NCBI GenBank assembly: GCA_032718475.1
Contig: JAUCBJ010000779.1
Coordinates: forward strand, 1-59,240
Origin: Nemertoderma westbladi
Lineage: Eukaryota; Animalia; Xenacoelomorpha
Direction: 5' to 3'
Length of the DNA: 59,240 nucleotides
In this document: piece after piece, positions 10,966 to 22,400 of the stretch
Layout of the letters: each line of letters begins with the position of its first letter
Numbering within the stretch: the stretch's first letter is position 1
The notes under the pieces: model-generated
Told to the model about the DNA's origin: nothing
The model's database searches: none
The model's input: only the letters and a program-made list of their open reading frames with translations
Made by a program: the position numbers and the translations under genes

Positions 10966-13954
10966 TGTGACGGGATCAGGGGATCCCGACCGGTTTATTA
11001 CGTTACGCGTCACCATGTAATTGGGAAAAATATAGTTTGTCGTTGTCGTTCCGATATTGTTATAGGTTAATCCAGATAGTGATATCCGCACTACCCTATC
11101 GCCTACATTATCTCTCCCTGTAGTATGTGCAGTAAGGCCTACAGTATGTCCTGCAGTCTGTATGTGTCCCTCCGGACCGAAGTTTAACCTTCTCGAATAA
11201 TCCAAGAAGTCCTCCCACGATCTGGCCTTACCCTCGATCGGCAGCTACATCCCGTCGGAAGTTTCTCTTCGATTCCCTCTCCTATTCTCGTCCTCGTACC
11301 GGTATGCCCTGTACCCCTCTCTCGGCATATAGTACACCTCGCCAGGTTGCGTCTCTGTGGGACGACGGCAATCTCCTGGAGTTCGACGCCACCGACTCTC
11401 CAACTCCATCTCTACTACCGATGGCTCGCTATCCGTCCTCGCTCTCCTGTTTCTCGCAACGACACTTCTTCTACTCTCTTCTCTTCTTCTTTCTGCAGTG
11501 TAGCGTCCCCGCTCGAGAGATCTCTCGTCGACCTCCCGGTTAAACGCTACTGTTCTTCTTCCCTCTTCTGACTGGGCTTGACGTCTCGTCGCTCGCCCAC
11601 TCGCGACACTAACTTCCCTCTCTCTAGCCCGTCGCATGCCGCCTGGGATATTTGTAATCCCCCTACTATTCTCCATCGCCGGGTGCTGCAGTTCACCTAG
11701 TTCGCCCTGCACATTATCCGCCAACGCCTGTGGGACACTCTCTGCCCCCCCCAAACCCCCTCTCGCCGCTAATCTCTCGTTGTGGGGCTCCTTTAGCCCC
11801 CCCCCCCACTCACCACCTATCACTTCACTATCTCTCACTTTGCCTCTACGCCCCTCTCTAGTCGACGCACTATCTCTACTGCGGCTGGCTCTATTCTCCC
11901 CCGCCTCTCCCTCTATCACTGCGTGGCCTGGCAGGCTCCCGTTGGGTTGACTCACCCTCGCTACTCTCTGCGTATTAACTACATGACCTACCAGGCTCCC
12001 CTTGGGGTCTCTCACCCCCGTTACCCCCTGCGTACTGATTATGTGGCCTGGCAGGCTCTCGTTGGCCAGGCCACCTACATCTGCCGCGTTTATATTAATA
12101 GCACCAGTATCAATATTATTTTCTAAATTATTTAAATTATTAGAATTATTCTGTGCTGAATTCGGGTTATTATTATTTAGATTATTTTGCGTATTTAAAT
12201 TTAAATTATTTGAATTATTTTGTATATTCGAATCTAGATTATTATTTGAATTATTTGGATTATTATTTAGATTAGGAATGTTTGGATTTAAATTATTATT
12301 GTCGGGCAAAATATTATTTCCTGCAATGAAAGTTTGATTAGGGTTGTCTACTACGGTACTATTAATATTAACGCCTTCTAGCGTATTATTATTACCCCCC
12401 CCCCCCCCCGCCCGTACGGTTACACCAGTCTTGGGTCTGTCGTCCGGTCCCTGTAAGTGGGGTATTAACAAATGTTTCCATAACATCTGGCTCCTCGTAA
12501 ATACTACCCGAGCCAGCCTCACTCTCTGATAGCCCCAACTGTGCCAGTTCTAATCGGCGTTTTTGTTTGGCCTGATATTGCATAAGCCCCCTTAACTGGG
12601 CGTGCATATCATCCCGCATGCGTTTTCCCGCTCTCTCTCTCTCTCTATCCTCTCGCAAACTCTGGTTCGCCAACTCTGTTTCTCTCGCCACCCGCTCTCT
12701 ACGCTCGCTGTCTACTCTCGCTTCTCGCTCTCTATGTTCGTTCATCTCTCTCGTCTCTCGCTCCTTACGCTCGTTCTCCGCTCTCGTCTCTCGCTCAAGG
12801 CGTTCCTTCTCTACTCTTGCTTCTCGTTCCTTACGTTCCTTCTCTACTCTCGTTTCTCGCTCCTTACATTCCTCCTCTACTCTCATTTCTCACTCCTTAC
12901 GTTCCTCCTCTACTCTCGTTTCTCGCTCCTTGCATTCCTCTGCCTCTCTTCCTTCTTGTTCTCTACAATTTCTCGCCACCCTCTCGGCCCTCTCTCTACA
13001 CTCCCTCAACAACTCCCTCTCTTTCTCCAACAACGCAGTTCCCTCATCCAACTGCCTCTCTAACTCTTTCTGGTCTAGCGCCACCATGTCTAATTGACAT
13101 GCCAGATCTATCTCTAACACCCTTCTTGCTTTTACGGAGGATGTAGCGGACTTATCGGTCGCGACGGACTCCCGTTGCCTCTCTGTCCTACTAACTTTCC
13201 CCCGCTTTCTGGGGTTCTCGCTAACCGACGAGACCAAATCCTCGGGGTTAACCTCGGATTCGTCCTCGTGCGGGTCTGCCCAACCCACTAACTTAATTCC
13301 CCTAGCATCCACTAAATACGGCCCTATGTACACTACTTGGGGCTCCATTATCCCGGACCACCACAGTTCAAATAGTTCGGTGGCGACCCCCTCGCTCTCT
13401 CACTCGCTAGTTCTCCCTGCCCGAAACGAACTAGGTATCTGAAATGTTTGTTCGACTCATCTAGTCGCTGGCTCAACTTCCCCTGGTCTACCTTTGCTCC
13501 CTCTCTGGCCTCTTTGAGCTGTTTCTTTGTGGCGTTGTAGGCCCGTCGAAGCCAATTGCTGGTTCCGACGTCCTCGTCGCCGACATCTCCTCCTCCTCTC
13601 CTGGTTCGGCGTCGTACCGGCGGCCCCATGTCGCCGTTCCGGTGGGCCATCCATCGCCCTTGGCCTGTGGCTTGCTGGCGACTTCGGCACTTCGACTGCC
13701 GTCGTGCGTGGACTCGTCCTCTCGTTGTAGTAGGCGGCCGCCCTCCGCTTGGGCTGCCGGATCGTCTCTCGTCGGCGAATCCGGCATTGCGGGTCGATAC
13801 CATCACGTCGCGGCCTCGTGAATCGTTTCGTTGGTATCATCCGGGGTCTGCGGGAGTGTCCTCTCTCCCTCTAGATCTCGGGGCTCTGTGCTCATCTTTA
13901 ACTTTCTCTCTTGGTGGCTGGCAGTCATAGTTTACAGTGGTGGGAATTTCGTAC
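10966..13954 (-). mobile_element. B' - internally deleted tandem second unit of element B (gag 5' part 11086-13954 plus 120 bp of LTR 10966-11085)
   Basis: 11086-13954 is nearly identical to ~24395-27341. 10966-11085 nearly equals the first 120 bp of LTR 13955. Confidence 0.9.
13946..13954 (-). promoter_or_regulatory. Non-tRNA primer-binding site GTACGAAAT, complementary to LTR segment 14150-14158
   Basis: Directly after the LTR end with no TGG. The same pair occurs at 27333-27341 / 27537-27545. Confidence 0.65.
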
Positions 13955-14402
13955 TGTGACGGGATCAGGGGATCCCGACCGGTTTATTACGTTACGCGTC
14001 ACCGTGTAATTGGGAAAAAGATAGTTTGTCTTTGTCGTTCCGATATTGTTATAGGTTAATCCAGATAGTGATATAGAATATAATAGCACAGTTGATTGTA
14101 ATTGAATGTTAATAGTAATATAAATGTTATACCGGTAGTGACGGTGACGGTACGAAATGTCACCGATCTGCACTAGATGACTGAGTAAACTGAACTGACC
14201 GGTATTGGTATACAATATAATATATGATTGTCATCCCTACATTACTTTGGCCTCTATATCTAGCGGATGCTTCCCTCGCCCTTATTGGCTAATAGTTTAA
14301 TTCTCGGCTCTCACCTCTGTGGGAGTGCGTCCCCCCCGCTGCTGTTACTTTCCCTCTCGAGGTGGTTTGACCTCTAACCGCTATCCACCCTATCCGCTCA
14401 CA
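13955..14402 (-). repeat. Shared central LTR of B/B' (448 bp, TGTGA...TCACA)
   Basis: Nearly identical to 27342-27729. It has a polypurine tract on one side (14403-14411) and the PBS/leader on the other (13946-13954). Confidence 0.92.
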
Positions 14403-14440
14403 CTCCCCCCCATGCTATCTTCCCAGTGAGAAGATAGCAT
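14403..14440 (-). promoter_or_regulatory. Polypurine tract with adjacent 11-bp hairpin
   Basis: GGGGGGGAG abuts the LTR. The ATGCTATCTTC/GAAGATAGCAT stem is also conserved in C (28272-28309). Confidence 0.75.
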
Positions 14441-15167
14441 CACCTTCGAGTGCGCTTCAATTCCGCTGGAACCCGGTCTACTATCGGGTGTGGGGTGGAG
14501 TTCTTTTATTTTGAGTCAGCTTTCCAGGCCGCTCCCTCTGGGTATGATATTACTACCCCCTCTTGGTGCAACTCCAACCTATGTTGCACCAAGACATCTG
14601 GCGTCTCGGTTCGAGACAATTGTGGACCTCTCTCACACAATTTTTATCTCCACTCCACTCTAACTCTTCTCTACTTCTCTCTACTTCCACTCTAACTCTT
14701 CTCTACTCCTCTCTACTTCCACTCTAACTTTCGGACCTCCTTGTCCCTCACTCTGCCTCTTACTCCTCCCCCCCCCCCCACATTTGAATCGCACCCGTAC
14801 TCTCTTCTCACGCCTCAACACCACCTCTCACTAACTCTCCTGCGTTCTATGCTCCACCCTTATTCGCTCGACTCGTTCCTGACGAACCCCACCCTCCCCT
14901 TTCGCGCCGTCGCGCTCAGGAAGTGTGAGTCGTCTAGTGTCTCGTTCTGTCATAGTCAATTGGCCCCCAGTCCCAGTAGCTAGTTGGAAAAAGGTTACAT
15001 GACTATAGTACTTACTTTGATTATATTGGTTATATGATTATATTCTATTCTAATGATTACTACATACGTACATACTAATTGCACTTTTAATTAAATTTGC
15101 ACTTAGGAGTTCGTATTACTTCACATGTGGTGCCTTCCAGGCATCCCCACATCTCCCCCTCCAAGTT

Positions 15168-18100
15168 CTAGTTCGCCCCTCCTGTCTTTGAGAACCATCT
15201 CAGTTCCTTCCCTCTGTCGTCGTCATGTCTCGGTCGCATTCTGGTCGTCGCCGCTCCCTTGTTCTTGTCCTCCTTAAGGTTCCTCATCCTTGCCGTTACT
15301 TCCCTACTGATTCCCGTCGTCGACTCCTTGGGTGCTGGTGTTATTAGCTCCCGGTATCGCTTCGCGGGTGGCCCCTCCGAATGGCCCTGCTGACGCTGCT
15401 TCCCCCTAGTGGCGTCCCATAGGATCACCTTCATGGCCCGCGGCACATGCTCCGCCAGGAAGTCTCTGAACTCTCCCCGGTTCTGTGTCTTCCATCTGTC
15501 TAAATACATACCTCTGTGTTTAGTTAATAGTCGATTGAGGATGGTAAGGCAATATCAATAAGAATTAAGTTTTATTTACTGTTTTAATATAATAAAATAA
15601 ATATATTTCAAGGGCTAAGGGCCCACATTGTCAATAATCAACTGAATGTAAACAGAATTAATGAATTATTACAGCTACCTATTTATGAAATGTTTTTAAC
15701 AGTACAAAGGTACCTAACTAGCTAACTACTAAATTACTATACGCACAAAATTATTTAATTTTCAGGAACCCCCCGCTTTCCAACACTGCTATACTTAAAT
15801 GATCTACGTCTGTGGATAAATCTCTTGTTAACTGCCCGGGGTCCCAATGATTGAATATACATACTCTCTAATATTAGCCTACCGTGCAAGTCTGACACTC
15901 TCCCTATCACTGTTGCCCTATCCCATAATGGAATGTGTCCAGTAGCTACATGATGGCCCGACAACTCGGATGCTTTGGGCCTACGGTGTTTAACATCGCC
16001 CTGATGCTGGGTCAGACGGACATCAAGACTGTATAAGGTTTGGCCTACATATATGTTGCCACATCAACACTGTATCTGATACACTATACCTCTGGGAGGG
16101 TATTTCGGTTTATGGCCTCTAAGTAGGTATGATCTTAACGTTCTACCCCTAACCGTATATGTGCCGACATCATATTTCTTACACATTCGTTCTAGAGGTT
16201 CTGTTAGTCCCTTTACATAAGGCAGTCCTATATTGACTTCAGGGCGTTGTGGCTTTGTTGGTATGTCTTCACTGGTTACCTTAAGGCTATCAAAGGACTT
16301 ATTACACTTTCGTAAGGAATTATAAATGACCCTAGTTGGATAACCATTGGACATAAGTGAGTCAGTTAACTGCGATTGAGTGCGCCCTCTAGCGTCTCGA
16401 TCCGAACATAATTTGTTAGTCCTATAGAATAACCCACTACACACACTTCTCTTAACTCTCGGGTGATGATTAGAGCTGAAATTCAAATAGCGATGGGAAT
16501 GTGTCGGTTTGTGATATATGGTAGTACGGAATGTTCCTTTACTTAAAGTTACTAAGGTGTCCAAGAAGGCTAAGGACCCATCACTGTGTTGCTTGTCTAC
16601 AGTAAATTTAATTAAAACAGTAATTAAAAAAAAAGTAATTAAAACAGTAAATAAAACTTAATTCTTATTCATACCTCTGTGTATTCATCTGTGTAGTCAG
16701 GCAACTCGTCCCCTTCTGGAATCGGTACAAGCAGCTCCTTTCCTGGTGAGTAAGTCTCCCACAGTAGTCGCAGCCGAGTACCAAAGCGTCCCGCCCCAAG
16801 CCGTCCTTCACCCCAAGCGATCTCCTCGGTCTATGGAGTCGCTGGTAAGCAAACTTCTGGACGTTAACGTCCCTGTCCATGTCTATCTCCTCATCTCGCC
16901 CGGGCATCATCTCTCTGAATACTACCCATGGTGCCGTTGCCGGTTGCTCGTCCAACCTGATGGTGCTCCCCGCGAAATCCATCGCCGGCTCCTCATGCAC
17001 CCAGGCCCGCTTGCCGGGTCTATTCCAGAAGGCCTCGCCTCGCTGGCCGTCACCACTCTCCCGCCAACCCAGTCCGTATCTGAGTGGCCGATTCTCCCGA
17101 TGGGCGGCATCTCTCCGAACTCGTCGTCATCCTCGTCCTCCTCTGGGAGTGGCTCCAAACCCGGTATCCCGGTGGGTCCACTGTGTCCCTTCCCACCTTG
17201 GCTTTCGCCCGTGACTCTCCATCCTTCCAGCTCCCCTGGCCTTCTCTTCGCGAAATCGCCCTCGGCGCCCGCTGGTATGGGCATCGCCTGCAATCCCGAT
17301 GTCGACTGTTTCGGCGAACCCTCTGTCCACCCTAACTCTCGCCCTAGAGACTCGCCCGAGCTCCCTGATGTCCAGTGTAAATCGTCCAAGGCCACCTGGG
17401 CCTCGAACCCGTAGCCCTCTCCTCTAGCTACTGCCTCTCTTTCATCTGCCTCCCGCCTTTCTCGTCTAGCGATTTCTTCCAATCACTTCGCCTCTTGTCT
17501 ATCCGCCTCTAGCTGCTCCCACCTCTGATACGGTGTATCCACCTCCCTGTCTACTAGATATCGGCAGTTGTAATATACCGACTCGCACTTCAGCCCCGGG
17601 TGGTCTACCAGACCCTCGAAAGCCACTTTGAAGGCTCTTCTGTAGTTCAGGGGTGATCCTGATAGCAGAAATGCCGTTGGCTCACTTTCGATAACCACGG
17701 ACATGAATAGGTTTAATAAACCTATCATTATCAAATCCTCCTGCAGGATATATCACTTCTGATATATCTTTATCGCTCCTCTCCGGAATTGATACACCTC
17801 TTGTTTCCCCGGCCTCGCTCCCCACTTCAGCGAATTCGCCAACTCCGCTCCGTACTCCTCCCTGAATTTACCCCAGTCCATTGGCTTGTGGCATACGAGC
17901 CCCATTAGCTGGCCCATCGCCACCGCTCCACAATGGCCCGTGTTCTCTACTAGTCCCAACCTGGCTGGCCCTGTCATAGCCATTAGCCATGTAGACCGTT
18001 TGCATGTCCAGGAGGTTGGGGGTCTCCAGACCGATGATCCTCTCCGCATTGTCGCGGATCGCCGATCCCACCTTTATCGTCGACTTCTCTCTTACTATGT

Positions 18101-18623
18101 TCTGCACCGCCCTTGGCAACCGGTTTAACTTCGGCCCGTTCTTCTTCCCATACGTTCCCAGATCGAACAGGAATGTATCCCCATTTGGCGCAGCCCAATG
18201 CAGAAGTATGGTTCTGGCCGACCCCGCCGACCCTCTTCTCAAACCTTCCTCGTCTTCCACGGTCCCCTCATCGTCCAGGACCATGTATCCTCCCCTGCTG
18301 ACGGACTCTACGAACCTCTTCCAGTCCTTTTTCGGTGGTTCCCTCGGATACTTCGGTATCCCAAACTTCGCCTCGTCTCCCTTTACCACGTAGTTGAAAT
18401 GCTCGAAGATCGCGTTGTCTAGCGACGGCGTCCCGTAGGTCCCGACCAGCCGCCTCTCATGCACCTCCCTGAAATGGTCCTGTAGCGCTCGCGCTTTGTG
18501 ACCCTTCTCCAGCCGTTCATAGAATCCCCTCGTCTTCTCCTCCGGATGCCTCTCGGTGAAGTCTACTAGTATTTCTTTTCCTCCCATCTCCGTCTTTCTC
18601 TTTCTAACAAGTTTCTCCGCCAT
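15168..18623 (-). pseudogene. Element B ORF2 in the env position: DEDDy 3'-5' exonuclease (RNase D/WRN/Mut-7-like) + acidic linker + CCHC knuckle; disrupted and split by a PLE insertion
   Basis: ATG at 18623 is conserved with C (29845). Motifs: MVLDDEG (ExoI), TILLHWAAPNGDTFLFDL, LPRAVQNIVREKSTIKVGSAIRDN (ExoII-like), LLDMQ, W-GARP...YQK*YILQED (ExoIII-like), then CDYCGRLTHQERSC. Confidence 0.65.
15520..16669 (-). mobile_element. 5'-truncated Penelope-like element (RT thumb + GIY-YIG endonuclease)
   Basis: FLDTLV..YHKPTH..YLNFSSNH..NGYP..LPYVKG..GIVYQIQC*CGNIYVGQT..H..LESMYI. 13-bp TSD CATACCTCTGTGT at 15507-15519 and 16670-16682. 32-bp inverted copy of the 3' end at the 5' junction. Confidence 0.9.
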
Positions 18624-19039
18624 TTCGAACACTCTCGATCGCTCACCTATAAGGTGGTGCCTTACCAAGGCTCAATATAAGTGAGTGATGTAGTTAGGAT
18701 GGTCTGTACGGTCCGATAATGGCCTATCTCTCTCTGAACGCTAGATTTATGCTAATTTTCTTATTTTTACTCCCTAAAAGTGCCAAATTTCCTAAATTCC
18801 CTAATTTTGTCAGTTACTTTTATTGTATTCTAGAATATCCTACTTACTGTTACCATAATTTGTTTAATTTTGATTTTTAATATTTATTTTTAATTCTGCA
18901 ACTGTGCTATTAATATTTATAGCGGATTATTTATTTTGATAATCCCTATTCTGACCTACTCTACGGGCTGTGCAGTACAGTAGTATGTCCAGTGCGGTCT
19001 ACACGATCTGTGCTGCTCTACCCACGTGCCCCCCTCTCA

Positions 19040-19410
19040 CTTCTCACTACTAACTCTACTAACTCTCTTACTCTACTAATTCTTACTAATATTCGAACTA
19101 ACTTCTACTAACTCTTACAAACTCTCACTAGGCTACTAACGGTACTACACGTACCCTCTTACTAACTCTTCTACTAACGGTACTACGTACCCTCTTACTA
19201 CTAACTCTCTAACTAACAGTACTATGTACCCTCTTACTACTCTTACTACTAACTAACGGTACTACGTACCCTCTTACTACTCTTACTAACTCTCTAACTA
19301 ACTTCTATCTGCCTACTTACTTACTACGTACTTACTTACTACTATTACTTTCCTTTCTCTTACTCTTACTCTCTTTCACTATTATTTTATTATTTTATTT
19401 TTTTATATTT
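19040..19410. repeat. Low-complexity/tandem spacer between B integrase and ORF2
   Basis: CTAACT/CTACT-rich units with GGTACTACGTACC hairpin motifs. Confidence 0.75.
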
Positions 19411-19475
19411 TGTGTGGGAAGGGCGTCTCGCCCTCAATCCCACCCCCCTCAGTCCAACACTTGGACGACTAAACT

Positions 19476-22400
19476 CTATGGTGCCCCTTCTAGCAGGCAA
19501 CATTTACCTACAGCCCTCCTGTAGGTCTTCCTGTCTTTCGCTCCTATCTTACCCCCTATCCGCACTTCTACCGATCGGACTCTTCCGTCCTCGTCGGAGT
19601 AAGTGTCCACTATTCTTGCTAGCCTCCACTGATTGTTGATGATGGTGTCGTCCATGATGATCACCAAATCACCCTTCTTTAACGCTCTAGTGGTATTTCT
19701 CCACTTGCACCACCTATGTAGTGTGGGTAGGTATTCCTCAACCCACCTCCTCCAGTACTCTGCGCTTATTGCATTAGCGACTTTCCAACTCTGTCGGGAG
19801 TGTATGTCATCTGGGTCTACACCCCGCATGTCGATGGTCGCCGGCCTCTCCATTAGAAAGTGACTGGGTGTCAGCACATCTAGTGATTCTGGGTCGTCAT
19901 TTTCTGGGTATAGCGGTCTGCTATTAATTATACCCTCGCACTTAGCTAGCACCGTCCTTAGTACATCTTCTGTCACCATGTGGGTGTGCATCAACTTCGT
20001 CATCAGACGCTTGGAACTACCCACGAGTCTCTCGACACATCCTAAAGTATGCGGAGCATACGGCGTCCTCTTCTCCCACTTCACCTGTCGTCTCCTCATG
20101 GCTGCCCTGACCTCCTCTCCTACCAGGATGTCCAAGGCCTCTGCCAGCTCGTTCTCCGCGCCCACAAAGTTGGTTCCATTATCGGAGTAGATCACTGCTA
20201 TCGTCCCACCTTTGCGGTCTCTGAATCTCTCTAGGGCATTGATGAATGCCGATGCGGTTGCGTCTTGGGCGAGTTCTATTCCTACCGCCCGTGTGTTGTT
20301 ACATACGAAGATAATGCCGTAGCGTTTCTCCTTGTGCCGCATCACCCTAATCTTTATCGGCCCGAACATATCTACACCGCAGTGCGTGAATGGCGGGTCG
20401 TGCTGTCTCACCCTGCTGGCCGGTAATGGCGCCATCTCCTGTATGGCCCGCTCCTTTCTTGTCCGTCGGCAGGTTTGGCACTGCCCCACTACCGCCTTCA
20501 CCTTCTTTCTTAGCTGCGTGATCCAGAAGGTCCTCCGTATCTCTGTGAGGGTCTGGTTGGTGCTCCTGTGCAATATCGTCTTGTGGGAGTCCCAAATGAT
20601 CTGGTGGACTATCGGCGATCTATTTGGGATGATAATGGGTTTCGGTGGGATGATGAGGCTGTTGTTATTTAGCACTCTGGAGTTCATTACTAGGATCCCT
20701 TTCGTACCGAATCACGGCCTTGGCTGCTCCCTCCAGATCGATGTTTGGTTTCCTCTTGGCATCCTTGCCAATTCCCTTGAGGAAATCCCCGAAGGCTCTC
20801 CAGTACGCTAGCAACTTCTTGGTCTTGTACCAGCTTGAGCTGTAGCTGAGGAGTTTATCCGTTGGGTTATGGTTCTGGCACATGGTTCTTCTGATATTGG
20901 TTGCACCTCCCTGATCTCCCTCACCATCTGACTATATATATCTTCACCTTCTGAGTCTCCTCCCTCTTCCTCTAGTGTTACTTCCTCTGAGCCCGGGTCC
21001 ACCTTCTTCATCGGTGGCCAGGCCATCTTATCATTCAGGAACTGTGGCCCGTGCTGCCACAATACTTCCTTCTTTAAGAAAGTGTGGCGTACCACGCCCC
21101 TCGATAACAAGTCCGCTGGGTTCTCGTCCGTTGGGCAGTAGTGCAACCTTTCCAACTCTGTCATCGCTCTTATTTCGTCCACCCTATTTGCGACGAATAT
21201 AGGGTATCTCGTCTTCTCATTGTGTAGCCAACCAAGCACTACCATGGAGTCCGTCCAGTAGTGTGTTTCCACTATGTTGGGAATAGTGTCCATCAAGTAG
21301 GCTGTGGCCCTTACTCCTAATCTCGCAGCTGTCAACTCGAGTTTCGGGACCGATGCTGAATCTGGCGGCATCGACTTTGCTTTGCTGAATGCAAGTCTGG
21401 GCTTATGAGCCCCCTCTCATTGTACTAGGTAGAGTGCCGCTCCGTACGCTTCCAATGACGCATCGGAGAACATGTGTAGATCCAGATCCATCATGTCCCC
21501 ATCCGGGAAATACACGTGTGGCATGCTGTACGTCCCCATCTGTTCTAAACTCTCCGTCCACTTACTCCACTGCTTGCTGATTTCTTCCGGTACCTCTGTA
21601 TCCCATTCGTCCTTTAGCATATATACTTTCTTAAGTATCTGTTTCCCTGTAACTAATAGTGGGGATGCTAGGCCTAGGGGATCGTATATCCTTGCTATGT
21701 ACGATACATAGCCCCTCTTTGTGTGGATGTCCGCGCCCTCCTGGCTCAGTTGGTACTTGAACTCGTCTGTCTCCCGGTTCCACACGATCCCCAGCGCCTT
21801 CTGCTGGGACTCTACTCTCTTGTTCGCCATGTCCTGTCCCTTGGCTGTTGTGGGGTTATCCATGGTCGAATCTGGCTGTCTGACCTCTATGGCTTTCATA
21901 AACTCTTCTGAGCTGGACTGGAACTTGGTCAGGTTAAACCCGGATCCCTTCAGGATGTCGCGAACTTCGTGTCCTGTATCCAGTAGTTCTTTAACCGTGT
22001 TTCCAGACTCCATTCCGTCGTCTACATAGAAGCCGCATCGAATCATATCGACGGCTTTGGCGCTATACTTCTCCTCTTTCTCCTCTACTGTATCCCTTAC
22101 AACCACAGTCGTCGTAAATGAGGACGACTTGGCCCCCATATTCTGCACCACCATCTTGTACATAGGTATCGTCGACGGTTCCTCGTCGCCGTTGTACCAT
22201 AGGAAGCGCTGTCTGTCACTATCCTCCTCCGTCACACGGACTTGGTTGAACATGCCTTCAATGTCGCAGGTGAAGGCGTGCCTCCCGTTCCTGAATCTCA
22301 GTAGGACCTCGATTCCTGAGTTATAGATATTGGGACCCTCCAGCAGATAATCGTTTAGACACTTGCCGTTGGTCTTAGCCGACACGTCAACTACCATCCG

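Noticed and set aside
13340-13356. TAATG stop-start overlap between ORFs 13348..13806 and 12890..13348 (also at 26735), suggesting termination-reinitiation
   Set aside because: The downstream frame is already open and plausible upstream of the ATG (SEGVATELFELWWSGIM). A frameshift in the nearby GA run inherited by both recent duplicates explains it equally well.
15520-15560. Hammerhead ribozyme in the PLE terminal repeat
   Set aside because: No CUGANGA...GAAA core on the element's sense strand; only a partial TTGAGGA on the opposite strand.
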